This document shows, piece by piece, positions 23,975 to 36,958 of a stretch of 64,000 nucleotides of DNA. The stretch's first letter is position 1; each line of letters opens with the position of its first letter. The stretch lies in NCBI GenBank assembly GCA_963514005.1, contig OY740817.1, forward strand, positions 4,464,001 to 4,528,000, read 5' to 3'. The translations under genes were made by a program, and so were the position numbers. Source of the DNA: Raja brachyura. Taxonomy: Eukaryota. The notes under the pieces were generated by a model that was given only the letters and a program-made list of their open reading frames with translations, made no database searches and was not told where the DNA came from.

Positions 23975-25700
23975 GTTTGTCATACAGATCAAGGTGCAAT
24001 TAAATTGCTTGTTCACACTAAGCTCACAGAGTAAACTGTAAATGTATTGTTGATACATACAACAAATACAATGACAAATGCAAAAGAGCAGAAGGGTACA
24101 AAGGCTGTAATGCAAATTAAAGATTAAAGTCCAGTAACAAATGAGATAGTTAGGAAAAAAAAACACGGCAGCACCTCTGGAAAAGTGATGTGAAAGGTGA
24201 TTGGTTCACAATTCTGAGCGCAGTGGGGAATAACCAATTTTTAAGACAGGACCTCCAAATTTTCAATGTCCCGTATCTTCTCCCGGAGGCAGAAAATAAA
24301 ATGGAATGGCCAAGTGGCCGACATATTTGTCGATACTTCCAGTCTTCCTGATGCAGCGCACCCTGAAGATGGATTAGGTAGAAGGGAGTGACGAGCCTGT
24401 GATGGCCTGGGCTGTGTTTACCACTCTCTTCAGGTTCAGGTGGTCAAGAGCAGAGCAGTTGCCATACCAGGCTGCGATGTATCCTGTCAGAATACTTTTT
24501 ATAGCGCAGCTATAGAAGTTTGAGAGAATCCACACAGACGTGCTGAATAGTCGCAGACACTCAAGAAAGTAAACATGCCGAGGCACTTTCTAGATCTAGA
24601 AACTTCCAAGTTCCTACGCATCCAAGTAACTTTGCCCCTTAACACCGATGCAATGATCTAGAAAATTGCCCAATTCTTTAGCAGGTTTGTCGATGAGGAC
24701 ACGGTTGAGGACAATGCAGGAACAGGGTACTGATTGGGGATGATCAGCCATGATCACATTGAATGGCAGTGCTGGCTCGAAGGGCCGAATGTCCTACTCC
24801 TGCACCTATTGTCTATTGTCATCCGCTTCCTTAGGTCAGCACCCAATTTATTTGTCTTGCTGACGTTACTAAGGGCTAGGTAGTTGTCCTTTCTGAACGC
24901 ATCCATGCTACAAAGCTACCGATTAATCCAGCAAACTTAAAAATCAAGTTGGCTTTATACTTGGCCACACTGTCATGGATGTCGAAGTGAGTAGAGCAAG
25001 GGGCCCCAAGCACAATCTTGAGGGGGACCAGTGTTGAGGGTCAGGATAGAGGAAATGTTATGGCTAGTTCTAAACAGAGGTCCGCTGGTCAGAAAAAACA
25101 AAAATCAATTGCTGATCGTGGCTACAAGGCTTTGGTCCAGAAGTTTAAGGAGGATGTTATTCCTTGTTGTGGTGTTGAAGTCCAAGTTGTGTTCAATGAA
25201 TAGCATCCTGACATGGTGCTTGTATTGTCCAGGTGATCCAGGGCTGAATGTAGAGCAAGAGAGATGACTGGCTCAGATGTAGGCTATTACAATTTATTCA
25301 AAGCAATTCATGTTGATGTAAAAAGTACAGAGTAGTAATTATTGAGAGTTTGTGAACTTGGAATATTGGAGTTTCCTTGAAGCAGATGGGGTCAGCACAG
25401 TTTAAAAGCAAAGTTGAAGATATTGGCTAAGACTGTGGCCAGTTGATCAGCACACAATTTCGGAAATGTCCAGTTACTCCATCCAGGCAAGCCTCCTTCC
25501 AAGAGTTTACCCTCACAAAAGCAGATATGCCACCAAGATATATGGGACTGAGCCAGCAGATGACGAGGGTACACGTTTAAGTGGGGCTTTGATTGCCTGC
25601 TCAAAGTCAGACATATAAGCTCATCGAGTAGAGATGCATCTTTGTCAAACTCACCCGACTTTGGCTTGAAGCACATGACAGTGTTCAGTCCCAGTCAGAA
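23975..25700 (-). mobile_element. Fragmented Rex1/Babar LINE with an internal inversion and a CR1 tail insert (about 24715-24820)
   Basis: ILSNFYSCAIKSILTGYIAAWYGNCSALD..LKRVVNTAQAITG and KLCADQLATVLANIFN. Confidence 0.8.
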
Positions 25701-25706
25701 TCACTA

Positions 25707-26565
25707 GGCAAGGCAAGGCAAGTTTATTTATATAGCACCATTCATACAAGCTGCAATTCATAGTGCTTTACAAAAGAAACAAGAGAATAACATAGTTTAA
25801 AAACATTGCAGAACCACAATACAACACAGGACAACAGAATAGCCAATAAGCCAATTGCATGAATAGTAAAACAAAATCACTAAAATATTAAGGCGATTTT
25901 AAAAGCACATAAAAGGGTTAAAACTAGAAGATTAAAATTACCCGCATGTTGGGTCATGAAAAAGCTACATCAAACAACAGTGTCTTTAGGCCTGACTTAA
26001 ATGTGGTTACAGTCTGTGCACACCTCAGGTGTTCAGGGAGCCTGTTCCACAGGTGTGGAGCATAGAAACTGAATACTGCTTCAGCCCTTTTTGTTCTGAC
26101 CCTGGGAACATGGAGTAAACCTGTCCCCGAAGACCTGAGGAGTCTAGGTGCCTCATAAACAACAAGTAAGTCAGAGATGTATTTTGGACCCAGACCATTC
26201 AGAGCCTTGTATGCCAGTAACAAAATTTTAAAATCTATCCTTTTACACACAGGGAGCCAGTGCAAAGATTTAAGGATGGGTGTAATGTGGTCCATTTTCT
26301 TGGTGTTGGTTAAGACTCTGGCAGCGGCATTCTGGATAAGCTGCAGTTGTTTAATTGATTTTTTACTGAGACCTGTAAAGATACCATTACAATAATCTAA
26401 CCTACTGAAGATATATGCATGAACAAGTTTTTCAGTGTCTTCTTTGGACAGAAATCCCTTGATTCTTGCAATGTTTTTTAGATGGTAGTAGGCAGATTTG
26501 GTAATAGTCTTTATAAGGCTGTTAAAATTCAAATCCGAGTCTATAACTACACCAAGGTTTCCAGC
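25707..26565 (-). mobile_element. 5'-truncated L2 LINE with an intact C-terminal reading frame
   Basis: NLGVVIDSDLNF...SRLDYCN...LQLIQNAAARVL...LHWLPV..RIDFKILLL; tail ataaataaacttgccttgccttgcc. Confidence 0.93.
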
Positions 26566-27199
26566 ACTATGCATCCACTAGATGCTTCCAGCTTATTTTG
26601 GAAGTCTCTCTTGGCACCCTGACAGCCTTGTGCATCTATTCACAAATTGAAGATAAATAACTACTTATGCACCTATTTAGGTTAATATCCTGAGCTATCA
26701 AGGCCTCACTATTCTCGACATGGCTCCATTAATTCTTTATAATCCTCTTTCATAACTATTCAGGTGGTGACATCAAACATAAGATTAATCAATCTAAATG
26801 AGAACCCATTCATAGGTACACTAAGAGAAGCTGCAGAATGTATTCAGCAGTTGAAATTTAAGGTTGGTTGGTCCTCAAATGCAAACAACGTTTCAATACA
26901 GCTAACCTGTTTCCGTGCACAAACAGGCAACAAGCCAAAAAGGCATGGAAAATTATTTGTTTACAGCAAATTAGAAAGCTTCAAACCGACACCAGCTAAT
27001 GATAGAAAATCAGTAACTGAAATCTGTTGAGAATGAATTTCTTAATCAAGTAATGAGATGTTCAAGTAAAGGCTTTTAAGCCATCTAACTGCATTGGCGA
27101 TCTTAAGATCACCTGATGGGCCTAACTGACTCAGCAAGTGGAGACATGGGATAGACTTCCTTTGTGCAAGAAAACTTGGTTACTGGGAAGGACTTCAGG

Positions 27200-28700
27200 T
27201 AAGACTGAAGTATCAGGGTATGCAATGTTCTTCCCCCTTCCCTAGCATCCTTCTGGTCAATGTTCAGCCACTGGAGAAAACAAGGTAGAAGACCAGAGAG
27301 TAAGACTGCTGTATCGGAGTCATACGAGGGACTGCCGTGTATTCTGTTTCGCAGAGAAATAGCTCACCCCCAACTCTACAGACACTCCGGATTTTCTTTT
27401 CCACCACATGGGCTGGATGATGGCATATTTTAAAGAGGTGGTGGCGTCTGCTTCATAATAAATCCGTCACTGTGTTTGGAAATGGTAATCATAACCCATT
27501 CCTGTTCCCTTGCCCTGGAACAACTGATTGTAACGACTATTCTACCTACTGAGTTCTCATCAGTCATACCAACTGACAGTTTACATCCGGTCTCATCAGA
27601 AATCACGCTAGCATTTGAGGGATTGAGTGCCATGATGAACAAGCATTAAATGGTTTATCCAGGTGCCTTTCAAGTCATCGCTGGGAGACTACAACCAGGC
27701 TACCTGCCAAACCAACAACACCAGCAGACCCAACGCACGACACACTGCTTCACCACCATCAGAAACGTCTATCGCTCCATTCATTGCCTTCACAGAGGAA
27801 AATCTCAGACCTCTTCCTGCCTAGACAGAGATTGAAGAGCATGGCATGGGGCTAAGAGGCCGAAGAAGTGCTTGTCAGGGAAGACAGAGAAGTAGTTGGG
27901 GACTGCTTCGAGTCTGTAGATTGGGCCACATTCAAAGATTAATCAACAGACCTGAATATGTCACAATTGTCACCCAACATCATAAAGACATTTTTAGGCA
28001 AATTTGTACCCACGAAAATATTCCCAGTCATCCCCAACCAGAAGCCATGGATGAATCAGGAAACTCAATCTGCTGAGGGCTAGACTTGTGGCATTTAAGA
28101 CTGGTGATCCATTTTCAGGCAAGTCCAGGTATGACTTACTGAAAGCCACCAAGGGACTATTTCATGCTAAGCTGGAGACACAGACGCACGCTGGCAGCAG
28201 TGACAGGGATTTTATGCCATCGCCTCATACAAGGCAAAACCACACCGCAGAAGTGACAGTGATGCATCACTTCCAGATGAGTTCAACACCTTCATGCATG
28301 CTTTGAAAGGGAGAGAAAATGACACGCCTACACAAGTCCCCGTAGCCACTAACGACCCTGTGATCTCAGTCCCTGAGATCAATGTCAGAGCATCATGCAA
28401 GAAAGTAATAAATCAATTAAAAGTATCCAGCCCAATGTGCCGAGTACTAAAAATGTGTGCAGATCAACTGACTGGTGTTTTCAATTACATCTTTGACCTT
28501 TCGCTTCCTACGGCTTCAAAAGGTTATTCAGCGGACCAGTGCCCAAAAGCAGTGACCTACCTCAATGAACACCATCCAGTAGCACTTACAGCAATCGTAA
28601 TGAAATGCTTTGAGATGTTGCTCAAATCAACACCTGCCTTAGAAATGGACTGGATCCACTTCAATTTGACAATTGTCACAACAGGTCAGCAGATGCTACC
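27200..28700 (+). mobile_element. Decayed Rex1/Babar LINE (APE endonuclease to start of RT)
   Basis: RDCRVFCFAE and GGGVCFIIN APE motifs; CADQLTGVFNYIFDLSL and PVALTAIVMKCFE. Confidence 0.8.
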
Positions 28701-29075
28701 TCACCAGGGAGGCAAGAACATGCACATCCTGCACACATGGGTTGAACGTGTACGCAGTTATCAAGCTTTCCTTCTGGCAGGAAAGGGAGAAGTGTGGCTG
28801 CAACTCCAGCAGCATCACCGTAGTTTCATTCCCCTACTCCCAGTTGTCCTGGAGCAGCTTGCTTTAAGTATTCATTGTCTGAGAAGTTCTGAGGTGGTAG
28901 ACATCCTTAGCTTCAAATTTGCAACTTTCGAATACAACCTTCTTGATGAAAAGTTCCATGGGAAAGAGGTTTCCTTTCACTGAGATCCCTCATTGTCACT
29001 CTGACCATGTTGCGAACCCCTCGTCTCCTGAAGTGAGACTGCAGTCATCCTGAAGGAGCAGGTTATAACATATTT
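28700..29075 (-). mobile_element. Tx1/L1 ORF1 (ZCCHC3-like) fragment
   Basis: Minus-strand translation across frameshifts: GVRNMVRVTM...LFIKKVVFESCKFEAKDVY...QKESLITAYTFNPCVQDVHVLASL. Confidence 0.6.
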
Positions 29076-29239
29076 TTTTTTGTGCTGGAAGGGGGTTAGA
29101 TTGGCTCCCCCAATTAGCACAAATCCAACTCTGCTTCAACAGATTAAGCTCTCATTGGGCAGCCCCTTGCCCACAAGAAGACATTGTCGTCTTCCTTCTC
29201 CTTCTGAAAGATGCTTGGCTGCAGAAATCCAACACGTAC

Positions 29240-29640
29240 AGTCATGACGTGGCTAGGGTAGTGTGGGTCTTTGATGATACTACTTTCTCGAGGCCATGCT
29301 CTCTTTGGATTCCTTCTCTAAATGGTGGGGCGGTCAGTATCCATGTTGGACCGGGCAATAGCCACCACTTTCTGCAGCAACCGTGCTATGGTACAACCAG
29401 TATGTTGACATTCAATAGCATATCCAGCAACATGCCGAATCGCTTCAAACTTTTAACGAGCTTCCTTCATAATTTATCAACATGCGAGGTCCAAGACAGA
29501 TCAGAGATTTATTTTCCCCAGAAACTTGAAGCTGTTGACTCTCTACCACTGCACTGCCAATGACGACAAATGCAATGCGGCTAGGTAACATCTCCTCCTC
29601 CCTGACCATCAACACAGGTGTACGTCACGATTGCTCTCCT
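29240..29640. mobile_element. Rex1 fragments (minus strand 29240-29575; plus strand 29580-29630)
   Basis: ERVNSFKFLG-like segment on the minus strand; NISSSLTINTG on the plus strand. Confidence 0.6.
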
Positions 29641-29644
29641 CTCC

Positions 29645-29880
29645 AAATGTCATTTATATCAACACAGCCTCCAGTTCCTTCGTCCTAACACACAAAGGAG
29701 GCGAGAACATGCACATCCAGCACATGCAGGTTGAACATCTGCAGTTATCAAGCTTTCCTTCTGGCTGGGAATGGTGAAGAATGGCGACAACATCAACAGC
29801 AGCACTGGAGCTTAATTCCTCTTTTCCCAGACGTCTGGAGCAGCTTGCTTGAAGCTGGCTTTCCCTTCCTGACGCCAACT
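29645..29880 (-). mobile_element. Second Tx1 ORF1 fragment, homologous to 28705-28865
   Basis: Shares agaacatgcacatcc...gcagttatcaagctttccttctggc...ctggagcagcttgctt. Confidence 0.65.
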
Positions 29881-30009
29881 AATCAGGTCCTTGGACTTGG
29901 TAACATTGAGAGCACGATTTTCTGTAATTTTATCGGACCGTATCGAATTGATAAGGTCTGTTTCCAAATCTCCAAATTTGGATAAACTATGTTTATTTTG
30001 AATGATTTT

Positions 30010-30650
30010 CAGATTGTGGGCATCGATGCCTAGGCCATCTTTTATTGACTGTTCCTAATTGCGCATGAGGTGGTGTGAAATGACTTCCTGAATCGCCCAA
30101 CCATTTCGTGAAGGTGCTCCCACAATGCAGCCGGGGAGGGAGTTCCAAGATTTAGACCCCACAGATGGCTGGCAATAGATTTTGATGCCAGTATGTAGGG
30201 AAACTTGCAGGTTGATAGTGTTCGGCCACTCCTGTCCTTGTTCTTCTTGACAGTGATGGTCACTGTTTTTGGAAGGCGTTGTCAAAGCAGCCTGGGTAAC
30301 TAGTAGTTGGCAAACACTGTAGTTGGCAAACACTGCTTTCACCAGTGTTAATCAAGCAGACTGCTTTGTGTTGAATGGTTTTGGACTCCACTGATCCAGG
30401 CCCGGGTAAAGCATTCTATCATACTCACGATGTGCTTTGTAGTTACACAAAAGGCTTTGAAGCTCAGTTACTCGCCACATGATACCTAAACTCTAACTTG
30501 CCCGTGACCTCCAAATTTCTGAAAGTGGTGCAGTTGAGTTTCTGGTCAGTGATCCCCAGGATGTTACTGGTAGAGGAATGGTAATGGATGTCAAGTATAG
30601 ATGATTCGACCATCTCTTGTGGGAGATGGTACGTACCTGATAAGATGGCA
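30010..30650 (-). mobile_element. Old CR1/L2-group LINE 3' region
   Basis: SKSWNSLPGCIVG and ILGITDQKLN motifs. Confidence 0.65.
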
Positions 30651-30999
30651 AGTGAAATTCCTTTTAATGAGGTTGAACATTTTAATGCACTCGGATGCTT
30701 TCCAATATTGTTTATCAAAAACTGCAGATGATGGGAATTTGAAATAAAATCAGGGCTAGGGTTCAGCAGTTAGATTTCAGAACTGATAAAATTCCAACAA
30801 AGGGTCTTCAATCTGAAATGTTCTCAGTCTCTCTTTCTATCAGAGTATTTGATATGCTGAGTGTTTCCAGCATATTTGTTTTTATTTCACAATATTGTTT
30901 GTTGTTTTGTGCTCTGAAGACTTCCAAAAATATTCTTCTCCTGGTTTTGTTTCCTTGAAACCCATACAAAGAGCAAAGGTTACAGCTGAATCATAGTCC

Positions 31000-31322
31000 T
31001 ACAAGAACAGGGCCTTTGGCCTACTACATCTGTGCTAACTATCAAGTATCCAACTACAATAATCCCAATTTTCCTCATTCCCTATCCAGATTTCCATACC
31101 CTATCCCCTCCAAATTCTTTTGCCACCGACCTACAATCAGGGTAATTTACAGTAGCCAATTCCTCTACTAACAAGCATTAAAAAGAACTGGCACGCCTGG
31201 AAGAAACACATGCAGTCAAAAGTTGAACGTGTAAAGTCCATCCTGCACTACCCAAGGTCAGGATTGAACCTGGGTGTCTGGAGTTGTGTAGCAGCAGCAT
31301 CGAATTTGCACCACTGTGCTGT
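31000..31322 (-). mobile_element. Degenerate HE1-type SINE
   Basis: The reverse complement has an A/B-box head (cacagtgg...ccaggttcaatcctgacc) and a CR1-like tail. Confidence 0.65.
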
Positions 31323-32064
31323 CCAGTCTTCACACCACTAAGTCACGCCTCAGTCTCCTTAGCGAAAGTTTGTTGTACCTTGGTAGCAAGATAAAATTCA
31401 GTTTCCATCACCAAAAATGAATTATTCACTGATTCTTTCAAATTCTGATTGCAGCAAGTAGTCTTCAGTAAAACAACTTTACAATTTTAGGGTGATTTGT
31501 CCATGTCAACAGCATACTCACAAATAAATATATTTCTCTTGCCATACGAGACTGAGCCTAGTCTGCAGTTTCAAAGTAGAAGCTGAATATTCATGAAAAA
31601 TTAAACAGAATTGGAATCATTGAAGGATTTCACAATCTGCTTTTCATAATGGCTTTCATGTTTGCAATATAATACAAATACATTCAATATCTTCCTGCAG
31701 ATAAGCCATTGTTTTAAAATTACAGGGAAATTGACCTTGATGGATTTTAATTGCGAGAGAACAATTTGGCTGTAGATGGAAACACAGGAAGGTGTGAAAC
31801 TGAAACAAATCCTTTGGCACTTCTTTCATATTAATCTCCTTGTGTATCCAACTCCTTGCATTACTTTTGCATTGTGGCAATACCAACCACAAATGAAAAT
31901 AAATCCAACACAGAAATCTAAACATTTCTTTTGTTCTGCAGCTTCACAAGCCCAAATGGACCCGCCCCATGAAGTTTCTCTCATATACAGTATTTCCATC
32001 ACAAGAATGCACATCTCTGCATTGTATATTATGGATATGTCCCCTCAAATCAATGTTATATTGC

Positions 32065-34255
32065 AGGCGTGGACGCTAAAACTGCTGACTTTATGTACGA
32101 AGAACTTTTCGATGAAAACCCATTCGCAGACAAAAAAAGATGAGATCGGGAAACAGCTCGCAGATGGATTCAATGAGGCAAAACGCAAACAATGGCAGAA
32201 GCTAATAGAAACAACAGACCTACGACACAGCAGCAGGAAGGCATGGGGACATTGAGACGTCTCGGTTATGACCCCACCCACAGTAAACCACGTGGAAATA
32301 TGACTGCTAACCAGGTTGCCCACCAGTTGTTGTTAAACGGCAATAGTGGTAAGAAACCTGCACCCCCAATGGTTGCTGATGGCAATAACCGAAACGACGG
32401 ATGGTACACTCAACCTTTCACCATGAGCGAACTTAACAAAGCCATGAATGTGATGAAACCTAAGAAAGCAGCTGGCATAGACAACATCAGAACTGAGCTG
32501 TTGAAACATCTGGGTCCCAGAGCACAAGAATGGCTGCTGGAGATGTTTAACATCTGCATAGCAACCAACTCCATTCCACGAGTCTGGCGGAAATCGAAGG
32601 TTGGTGCTTTACCAAAACCAGGCCAAGATGCCAATCTTCCCAGCAGCTACCGGCCTATATCCCTGCTGTGCCACCCATACAAACTGATGGAAAGATGCAT
32701 CTGAACCGCATCACACTGGATGTAGACGATGTCTTGATACCTGAACAGGCTGGGTTCCACCACGGAAAGTCAACAACAGGACAATTGCTGAACCTCACTC
32801 AGCCCATTGAAGATGGCTTTGAGTGAAAGCTGATCAAAGGTGCAGTATTTGTAGACATGTCTGCAGCATATGATACTGCAAACCACTGTACCATGAAAGC
32901 CAAACTGCAATAAACACTGCAGGACTCTCATCTTGTCCAGTTCATCATGACAACGATGGAGAACTGCTGCCACTTCGTATGTCTGAATGGTCAGAACAGC
33001 CGTTGGAGACGGCAAAATAATGGTCGACCACAGGGCAATGTCCTTGCCCGAACATTGTTCAATATATACGAATGACCAACCTATCACCCCGAAAACTAGG
33101 TTGTTTCTGTATGCCGATGACATGCATCACAATGCAATCCTCAGACTTCGGCCAGATTGAGACTGTACTAGAGGTTGCTCTGCAGAATATGACAACATAC
33201 TACCAACAGAACTCCCTGCAGCCAAACCCAACAAAAATGCAAAGCGCAACTTTCTACCTCCGGAACGCGAAACGTCAACTGCTGGTGCGATAGAATGATG
33301 TCCTGTTGTAACACTGCAAAGCCCCAAACTACCTAGGTGTGGTCCTCCTACTCCAATTTCAGGTAGTCCCTGCTTTCTCCCTCTTTCCCCTTCCCTTCCC
33401 AGCTTTCTCACAGCCCTCTGTCTCCGCATCTTCCTTTCTTCCACATCAGTCTGAAGAATGGTCTCGACCCAAATTGTCGCCCATTTCCTTCGCTCCATTG
33501 ATACTGCCTCACCCGCTGAGTTTCTCCAGAATTTTTGTCTACCTTAGCTGTGGACCTCGATCGCAGGTTATCATATCGCCAACATGTTGAGAAAACCAAG
33601 GCAAAGGTCAATACCCGGAACAATGTCATAAAAATAATTGGCAAACAACTCATTTGGAAGTGACCCAACAACGATTCGCACTGCAGCCCTGGCGCTCTTT
33701 CTCATTGGCAGAATATGCAAAGCCCGTCTGGAGTCGCACTAAACATGCACGCAAGGTGGACTTTGCATTGAACACTGCCTGCAGGAGGACCACAGGATGC
33801 CTGAAGCCAACAAAGGTTGAACATCTGTACGAGCTGGCTGGCATCGATGAACCATCTCGAAGACGTGATCGGTCAGCTGTAGTAGAACGCTTTAATGCGG
33901 ACCCCCATCACCCCTTGCACAATCACCAACATGCCAAGAAACGCTTGGAGAGTCGGGACAGCTTCATGGAACTAGAGGCAACCGTGCCAGACTCCAAAAC
34001 CAAACGACAGATGGCACCAGGACACCACCTGCCTTATACTACCTGGAAAGCCCTAAACCGCCTCCACACTGGAGTGGGATGTTGCGGACTCAACCTTAAG
34101 TGGGGCATCTCAGACTCTGACAAGTCCAACTGTGGAGTGGTGCAGACAATGGCCCACCTACTGACTTGCGGTGGAGACGCACGCACTGCGGACGATCTCC
34201 GCAGAGGCACTGTCGCAAAGTGATGGCAGAATGTCGTCTGACACACGAGCGAACG
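32065..34255 (+). mobile_element. Vingi/Ingi-like LINE, decayed RT, interrupted at about 33348-33538
   Basis: PFTMSEL...KAAGIDNI..ELLKHLGP...YRPISLLCHPYKLMER; FVDMSAAYDT; YAD; WKALNRLHTGVG...CGVVQTMAHL. Confidence 0.8.
33348..33540 (+). mobile_element. Penelope-derived mini-element inserted in the Vingi-like LINE
   Basis: Pyrimidine tract followed by cagtctgaagaatggtctcgaccc...ctgagtttctccag; flanked by an imperfect duplication ctacctaggtgtggtcctc / ctaccttagctgtggacctc. Confidence 0.8.
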
Positions 34256-34759
34256 AAATGCTACATTGTACATGTTAATGGTGTAAAAAAGATATCTGAT
34301 GGCATTAATTAATGCAGTACCAGGACGACAATCAGTCGAGGTCTCGGTCTGATTCGATGAATGTATTTTGACCAAAGAAATACAAAGTTAACTGCAACTC
34401 AAATTTTCCTTTCTCAAATGGTCATAACACTGACAGTCACATAACGTTCAGTAAATTAATGAATGCATATGTGTCTTTTCTATAATATTGACAAAGGAGG
34501 TCAAATTTCAAATTCCTTCAAAAAAGTTGACATGTACTTTATTGGGTTCATGACTAAAATAGTATCAACAAAAAAAATTAAAACATATTGATGGCAAGTT
34601 TCTGAAAATGGCATCAGAACACAAATACATTTTGTGTAACGGTTGTTGTATGGTGTCCACCTGTGACCCGGTATAGATTGGTGTGTCGATACTATATGTT
34701 ATCATACAGATTATGTATGCTGCACATTCCTTATGTCACACATAATGCTTGGCACAGTA

Positions 34760-35350
34760 AGCAGCGATGTTATAAAACTTACCTTCAGCGGCACTGCAGT
34801 TCTGCCACTGGCCATGTGCACGACTTTGGCTGAAGAAAAATCGATCGGACTTCCATTTGTGTTTTTTAAAAAATTTTAAACCGCGAGACAATTTAATAAT
34901 TGAATTAAAATAAAAACGACTACTAACGCCCTCAACGCCTACAACGTGACGGATCGCAAGAAGGACAAAAGAAAGGGCAAGTTGTTATTTTATAAATAAT
35001 CTTGCTTCTTGGGATGGCTTTAATCTAATTTTAAGTTGCGAAAATGTTATTTGGGCCACATACGAACCAGCAGTGTCTTTCCTGCCGATATGGAGTTCAA
35101 ATTCAGCGCAAATGCAATGTTCCAATCGATCGCATTCCAGAAACATACACTCGCAAGATGATTAAAATGCTCTTTTTTTTGGACAGTCATGTCATAAGAG
35201 CAAATAAATCGTCTACATTTTGTGTTATTGTCTATCCATATTTTTATACTAAATATCAGTTTTAGTCCCATGTATTGTGCAAAAAAAAAATAATTTTGAT
35301 TATATTGAGTGGATGTTTCCAGATTAATTTATGGGAATTAAACATTAAAT
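34760..35350. repeat. Unclassified CpG-retaining repeat-like segment
   Basis: Many CpGs in an AT-rich context with abrupt borders; no ORF or TIR recognised. Confidence 0.35.
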
Positions 35351-35351
35351 A

Positions 35352-35455
35352 CGCTGGTCGCTGATCTTGAGTACAAAACTGCGGTTGGCAAGGAATCAGT
35401 CAGGAATGGTGCGGAGGAGCTTCAAGATCAGGCCCTGGTGCCACACTGTACCATG
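35352..35455 (-). mobile_element. Short RT fragment of a second Vingi-like family
   Basis: Minus strand TVWHQGLILKLLRTIPD...LANRSFVLKISD. Confidence 0.6.
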
Positions 35456-36732
35456 GTGCAGTGTTCATGATGATATCCGGCTTGTTCAGAAGATAGTTGG
35501 GGGTTGACGTTTGGATTGAGCCGGGCCAGGAGAAGCCGTTCGAGGAATTAAATATTCATGCTAAATGTGGCAGAATTTTTTATGTCACATTTTTGGTGTC
35601 CAAATTGGTGGTAAAACGATGAAGATTTGTCTGGCATGAAATGTTTTTGACTTTCGGTCTTGAAGTTATCTAATTTATATCTGTTATTTATAAGGTTTCA
35701 CATGATGGGTAGATATTTCTTAAGAACAGTGTATTGGTGTAAAAAACAGAATAATAATCTAGTTCCTCAAAATCTCCATGATTGTAAAAAGACACATCTA
35801 CAAAGTTTTTTCATGCACCTTAGATTAAATCTTCACTTTATAGTTTCAGAATTGTAGGCATTAAGTATTGCTGCTACGATTATGATACATTTTCCAACAA
35901 ACCGGAATTTTTAGTAAAGTACATTTTAATTAAGTAGATTAGCAAACAAGATGAGCTATGTTTTGTTTTAACACTCCAACCAGTCTTCCAGCAGGATTCA
36001 ACTTCAGCAAGGATAGTGTTCATCATGTGATTAAGTGCACAGACATAAATTTGAATGATTTCACAATAATTAAAACAAACTAAGGAACACCGGTAAATGT
36101 TGAACAGGTCCGCCCTCTTGTATAATCCATTACATTCTTGACAAGGCAAATACTCTGCAGCACTTATGCAATGGCAGCAGAAAAGGCCTGGAGGGAAAGA
36201 GTTTGCAGGCATGTATGCCTGGCACAAGTCAACAACAGCCTGCTGCCAGTTAAGTCATCATCAGGGTCTTCTTCCTTAATTGCTTTCTCCTGGTGGCCGG
36301 AGATGTGCTCTCTAAACCACAATGTGGATTTTGTTAACATGAGATACATGAACTCCATTATGCCTCAAAATGACTTTGAGAAACACAGGCAGCAGTATCA
36401 ACAAAACAATCTTTCTCACCCTTTCAAAACCCTGAATATTAAACAATGACTGTGAAGAATCCTTCAATAATTTGACTCTTCTCCAATTCATTTCCACTCT
36501 ACGTCATCTACATAATAGTACGGAAACAGCAATTCAAACCGATGGATTCACCACAAACACAATCCTGGCGCAGAGCATGTTCAAAGCTGTCATCATTGCA
36601 ACACTCCAACTTTATCACTGCAACACTGTAACTTGTAACTTCAGATTCTGTACAACATCACACCTCACTAACAGGACAAATCCATGACAAGATCTGAAAA
36701 TATCATATTTTCCAAGCTTCCACATGCTGCGA

Positions 36733-36958
36733 AGGGGGGCAGTGACACAGCAGTATCGCTACAATGCCGGAAACCCGTTTGATCTTGACCACGGGTGCTG
36801 TCTGTACGGAGTTTGTACATTCTCCCTGTGACCGCATGGGTTTCCTTCCACATTCCAAAGACGTGCAGGTTTGTTGATTGTCCCTAGTGTGTGCACGGGT
36901 GATGACTGGTCGACACGGTCTTGGTGAGCCAATGGGTCTGTTTCCATGCTGTATCTCC
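36733..36958 (+). mobile_element. HE1-type SINE
   Basis: acgggtgctgtctgtacggagtttgtacattctccctgtgaccgc body and a CR1-like tail ctgtttccatgctgtatctc. Confidence 0.85.
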
